64,000 nucleotides of DNA, from NCBI GenBank assembly GCA_051362555.1, contig CM120649.1, forward strand, positions 682,001-746,000, given 5' to 3'. The translations under genes were made by a program, and so were the position numbers. The DNA is from Lingula anatina (lineage: Eukaryota; Animalia; Brachiopoda). The notes beneath the pieces are model-generated. The model saw nothing but the letters and a program-made list of their open reading frames with translations, was not told the origin of the DNA and searched no databases. Positions 63,180-64,000 of the stretch are shown piece after piece. How positions within the stretch are numbered: position 1 is the stretch's first letter; each line of letters opens with the position of its first letter.

Positions 63180-64000
63180 GAATCGCTCTGTCTTCCAAGA
63201 AGACTCCAACCTGATGTTATGCTTCATGTTTGTTTATACAAATTTGATCTCAAGTGCAATGTACATAAAAACAGTCAGTTAGTTGGTTTGTTTTGGGAAA
63301 AGTTATGATTGTATACAGAAATGACGCCACCGACTATGTATCATTTAATAACATGACATGACAAATGCAGGTTCGTGAGAATTCAAAGCCTTCAGCTTCG
63401 AAAGCCACTAAATATACGTCTTGTTATCTTATCGTAAGGTTTATGTAGTACAAAATGTGGCATAATGCAAAACAGTTCATAAATGATGACGTTTCCTTAG
63501 CATATTGGAGACATCAAGTCATCTTTACTTTTAAAACATATTGCAAAGGTTTTTCTTGGTCTTTTTAAAAATAAGACAACTTACCCAGAGACCACAAAAA
63601 GTTTGTCATAGAACACTGTGAGTTACTCTGAAATTTGACCAACATTTACATAAAAAATAATAATGACATCTCCAGTTTTAAAAGATGAGCAGAAATCCCC
63701 ACTACACGACAGAGGCATGTTGCTGAGAAAGGCCAGTTGCTTACAATCTTTAAAATTCAGGGTTAGTAATGTCAGTCTTAAGGACGATATGAATGCAAAC
63801 TGTCGTTGTAATAGGAACATCTACCATTGTTCTCCTCTGATGGTCGCCTGAGCGATTATAATATTTGGAGTGCAAGGTGATACGAGCCGTAGCAATGGGG
63901 ATTATTTTTTTATTTATTTTTCTCCACCTAGGTGTAGCCCCCCCCCCCCCCCCCCGCCATCACCCACCGCCCCAATGATGACTAGTCACAGGTACCAAAT

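Overview
AT-rich animal genomic DNA with spliceosomal introns, many microsatellites and MITEs. It is probably from a marine invertebrate, possibly a lophotrochozoan (inference). I reconstructed six host genes by hand: (1) a secreted, probably GPI-anchored somatomedin-B-domain protein (-, 4 exons including an 18-nt micro-exon); (2) a 10-exon laccase-type multicopper oxidase (-) whose last acceptor and copper-binding segment are tandemly duplicated; (3) a class A peptide GPCR (+); (4) a MOSC/mARC molybdoenzyme (-, 6 exons, one GC-AG intron); (5) an intronless class A GPCR split by a single -1 frameshift that coincides with an in-frame A_AAA_AAC slippery heptamer; (6) a 17-exon SLC5 sodium/solute symporter (-), with a decayed paralogue fragment upstream. 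An apparently intact, very young Gmr1-type Ty3/gypsy LTR retrotransposon lies between genes 3 and 4 (24838-30666; identical 549-bp LTRs, integrase before RT, tRNA-Pro PBS, CATT TSD). Also present are an RTE-LINE 3' relic, about seven small TIR/foldback element families, and clustered TGACGTCA octamers in the flexible loops of three unrelated membrane proteins. No CRISPR, rRNA or tRNA genes were found. All gene models are manual and unverified by transcripts.
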